Positions 61,326 to 64,000 of a stretch of 64,000 bases of DNA are shown in pieces. The notes beneath the pieces are model-generated. The model saw nothing but the letters and a program-made list of their open reading frames with translations. It had not been told where the DNA came from and ran no database searches. Within the stretch, counting starts at the first letter, position 1. Each line of letters starts with the position of its first letter. This DNA comes from Squalus acanthias (lineage: Eukaryota): positions 170,378,001 to 170,442,000 of the forward strand of contig CM059425.1 in NCBI GenBank assembly GCA_030390025.1. Direction: 5' to 3'. A program made the position numbers and the translations under genes.

Positions 61326-62097
61326 GGGCTGGATTTTGAATGACCCATGGAGTCGGGTTTGGAGGCGTGTGGGGGGTTAAATTTGCGGGGTCGGGACCCC
61401 CGACCCCATCCCGACTCCATCCCGCCTCCACGCAATTTTGCCAAAATCAGTCACGGGGTTCCCGACTCCGTCCCGCCTCCAAGAGGTGGGAGAGGCCATT
61501 AAAGCCCTTAACAAGCCCTAAATTGGCTCTGTAATACCATTTTGAAACGTTTTAGCTAGTTTAACCCTTTTCTGACGTGAAGTACGCCTGGTGTGAAACA
61601 CTCCAGTGAAACCTGGCGGGAGCACAAGTGGATAGCTGACTATGAGCTGCAGGTCCACTATTACAACAGAGATGTGATGAAGGTAGTAGTATTAGGTCTG
61701 AAAGTCGCCTCTGATGCTGCTGCATTGAATTGTCTTCAGAGACGGCCTGGCCTTTGCTGTGAGAGACTTGGATGCAAAAAAATTCTCTCTCTCTCTCTCT
61801 CTCTCTTTTGCATCCAGGTCCACTCACATCAAAAGCCAGGCAGGTCCTCTCTCAGCAACAGCCAGACAGTCTCTGAGACCAGTCTCTCACCTGCAATGCA
61901 GCATAAATGATGACATCATCAGAGGCGACTTTCAGACTGAAACCACTAATTAGTTCATGGGTTCCCACATGCTGGAACTCAATTGCCCAATTAAGTGAAA
62001 ATTGCATCATTCATCCACATTAATCTGGAGTCGGGGGGGGAGAACACAAAATGCGGATGACACGACCCCAACCCGACCCCAAGACAAAATCCAGCCC
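61326..62097. mobile_element. Harbinger-type MITE (family B) inserted in CR1 ORF1
   Basis: TIRs GGGCTGGATTTTG / CAAAATCCAGCCC; flanks ATT/ATC; similar to 1181-1881. Confidence 0.85.
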
Positions 62098-64000
62098 ATC
62101 AACTCTGAGCAGAAGTTCCTTGAGCTGCAGACACTTACTGCAGATGTGGTTGCTATAGATCACACTGAGGTCCACCAGGTCCCATATGCTGCAGCTGCAA
62201 CACATCTCCTGCCCTGCCATCTCTATTGTACTTATTTAACTAATCAGATTTTCAAGTTTTGAAATACTCAATTGTCTATTAATAGTTTTTAATCTAGGTA
62301 ATAACCTTGTTTAATTTATTAAATTTATTTATATGCTTTAGGTCTTTACTGTAACTTAGCCCACAGTCCTAATTTAACCCTAGTTGTTTATATTTTTTTA
62401 TGTATCAAGCAGCACCTCTTGCCCCCATCCCACCGAATTCCCTCACTCACCAAATTCCCGAGTTTAGTACTCTGTAGAAGCAGTACTCCGTCGAACTGTA
62501 CTCCATGCTACTTACCTCCGTGCATTCGCAAAAGCCTCTTGTTTTTATACCAGCAGAAAAAAAAAGGGTTAGGGTGCAGCATGTGTGGCCACTATAGGAG
62601 GATGTTTGTGATGAAACCATATGGAGCTTGTGAGTGAGGAGAGGTTTGAGGGATTAGGGCTCAGGAATAGTTGTGGATGTGTAAGGAAGCTGGTGTGGCC
62701 ACCTACCTCTAGGCAATATGTCCTCGGATCTGCCTGTGGCCACGGTGTCTGCCACTCCCTTCCCGATTACCGCCAGAACTGCCTCAAGGGGAGTGATCTC
62801 ATGGAGTCGTGCTTCTCCTCCCCCGGCCAGGTCCTGCTGGAGCCGGTTATGGTATCTTTTCCTGGAAGAGAAAGAGTAGTAATTATGAACGAGTGTATTG
62901 GCAGGTGTATTTGTATGGGTAATACCTCACATGGTTGAAGAGCTGTGAGATGGATCTGAGGTGTGAATAGTGCCTTTGAAGGAAACATTATTGTGCATAG
63001 TTAGATGGTGGATGCAGTGTGTTGAGGTTGTGATGCTGGTGGTGGTGCAGTTATTGAGAAGTGTGTTTGTGAGATGGGATCTTTCCTTGACCACTCACGT
63101 CAAATCATATTTTTTTGCAGCACTGGAGCTATGTCCTGGGGGCAGGGCTCCTAGTTATGACCACCTCGGCAATCTCCTCCCACATCCACCGCATCAACTG
63201 CCTCTGTGGCCTCCTTTCCCCCTGCAGGTACAGGACACCCCTCCTCCGCTGTACCTCCGCCACCAGGACCTCCAGTGCCACCTCTGAAAACCGGTGAGTC
63301 CTGTCCCTCGGTCCCTGAGTCATCCCGATATGTGCCGTTGTCTGTCAGCCAGCTCACTCCACACCTTCAGTGGAAGTGTGTGCGTGGAGGCTACGTATAC
63401 CATTCCAGGAAAATTGCTTCTAATCAGCGCTTGAGTGCAAGTCTTGGTTTAGCGCCTCAAGGCACTTTTAAATCATGGTGATCAGCAATTAGCCCCAAAA
63501 TTGCGGGCTTAAACCAGACTTTTAAAGAGGCGTGTCTTATTAGCACAGCACCCACTTCGCACCTGTTTTCACCCTTTCCCCCAAATAACCTCCAAACTCT
63601 GTTTCTCTCCCCACAGATGCTGCCTGACCTGCTGAGTATTTCCAGCATTTTCTATTTTTATTTCAGATTTCCAGCATCCACAGTATTTTGCTTTTTTAAT
63701 TAGTCCTGGCCTCTGGATTACTAGTCCAGTAACATAACCACTACACTACCATTGAAAACAGGCATAATCTTACCTATTTTTAAAGCATGGATACAGACCT
63801 TTTACATTAGATTTGTGGAAGACAGTAACAGCCAAAGCCAGTGGTTAAAGAGTGGATAAACAAGTTATTATTAGTAATATCGCAAGCACATTCATACCCA
63901 GCGGACACAGCAATGGCTTGCTACCAAAATGTCACTCATGGACCCTACCAACCAAAACTTCTTTATTGTAGATGTCAAAATGATCCATTTAGAAAAGAGA

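Larger units (their letters stand above)
56301..62300 (-). mobile_element. Near full-length degenerate CR1 LINE (ORF1 + ORF2) carrying two MITEs and a LINE tail fragment
   Basis: ORF1 pieces 62020..62220 (CCSC..W...ICSKC) and 60741..61187 (VVGDSIVRG, HVGTND); ORF2 pieces 56606-60387; tail at 56301. Confidence 0.9.
53960..63500. mobile_element. Decayed Harbinger element (transposase C-terminus +, Myb/SANT gene -) interrupted by a MITE and a CR1
   Basis: CCMLHNL at ~54045 (+); Myb-gene last exon 55248-56290 (-) similar to 15045-16095; Myb/SANT N-terminus RFSEVALEVLVAEVQRRRGVLY at 63129-63323 (-). Ends are uncertain. Confidence 0.6.

Overview
Eukaryotic, repeat-dense genomic DNA. The mix of CR1 LINEs with (TTCTATG/CTCTATGA)-type tails, a Deu-domain SINE, Penelope elements and PIF/Harbinger elements resembles a cartilaginous fish (shark) genome; this is an inference. 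I could not support any host protein-coding exon. The centrepiece is a young, almost complete endogenous retrovirus at 22784-40053 (+). It has ~1.64-kb TG...CA LTRs about 99% identical, a tRNA-Arg PBS, a coiled-coil/CCHC Gag, and a Pol in frame behind a UGA-CUAG readthrough-type stop. Pol carries PR, RT(YVDD), a degenerate RNase H tether, a second catalytic RNase H and IN. Env lacks orthoretroviral TM motifs and resembles a Mononegavirales-type class I fusion protein preceded by an Ig V-like domain. This architecture fits a lokiretrovirus-like lineage rather than gamma/epsilon/foamy viruses or a plain Gypsy element. The provirus sits inside a Harbinger transposase gene (4-bp TSD) and its 5' LTR carries a full-length, nearly intact CR1. 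The rest of the window is nested TEs: several more CR1 copies, Harbinger elements with spliced Myb/SANT genes, five or six Harbinger-type MITEs, Penelope insertions with minimal hammerhead ribozymes, and an ORF1-less LINE with a tRNA-like head that shares both ends with a SINE.
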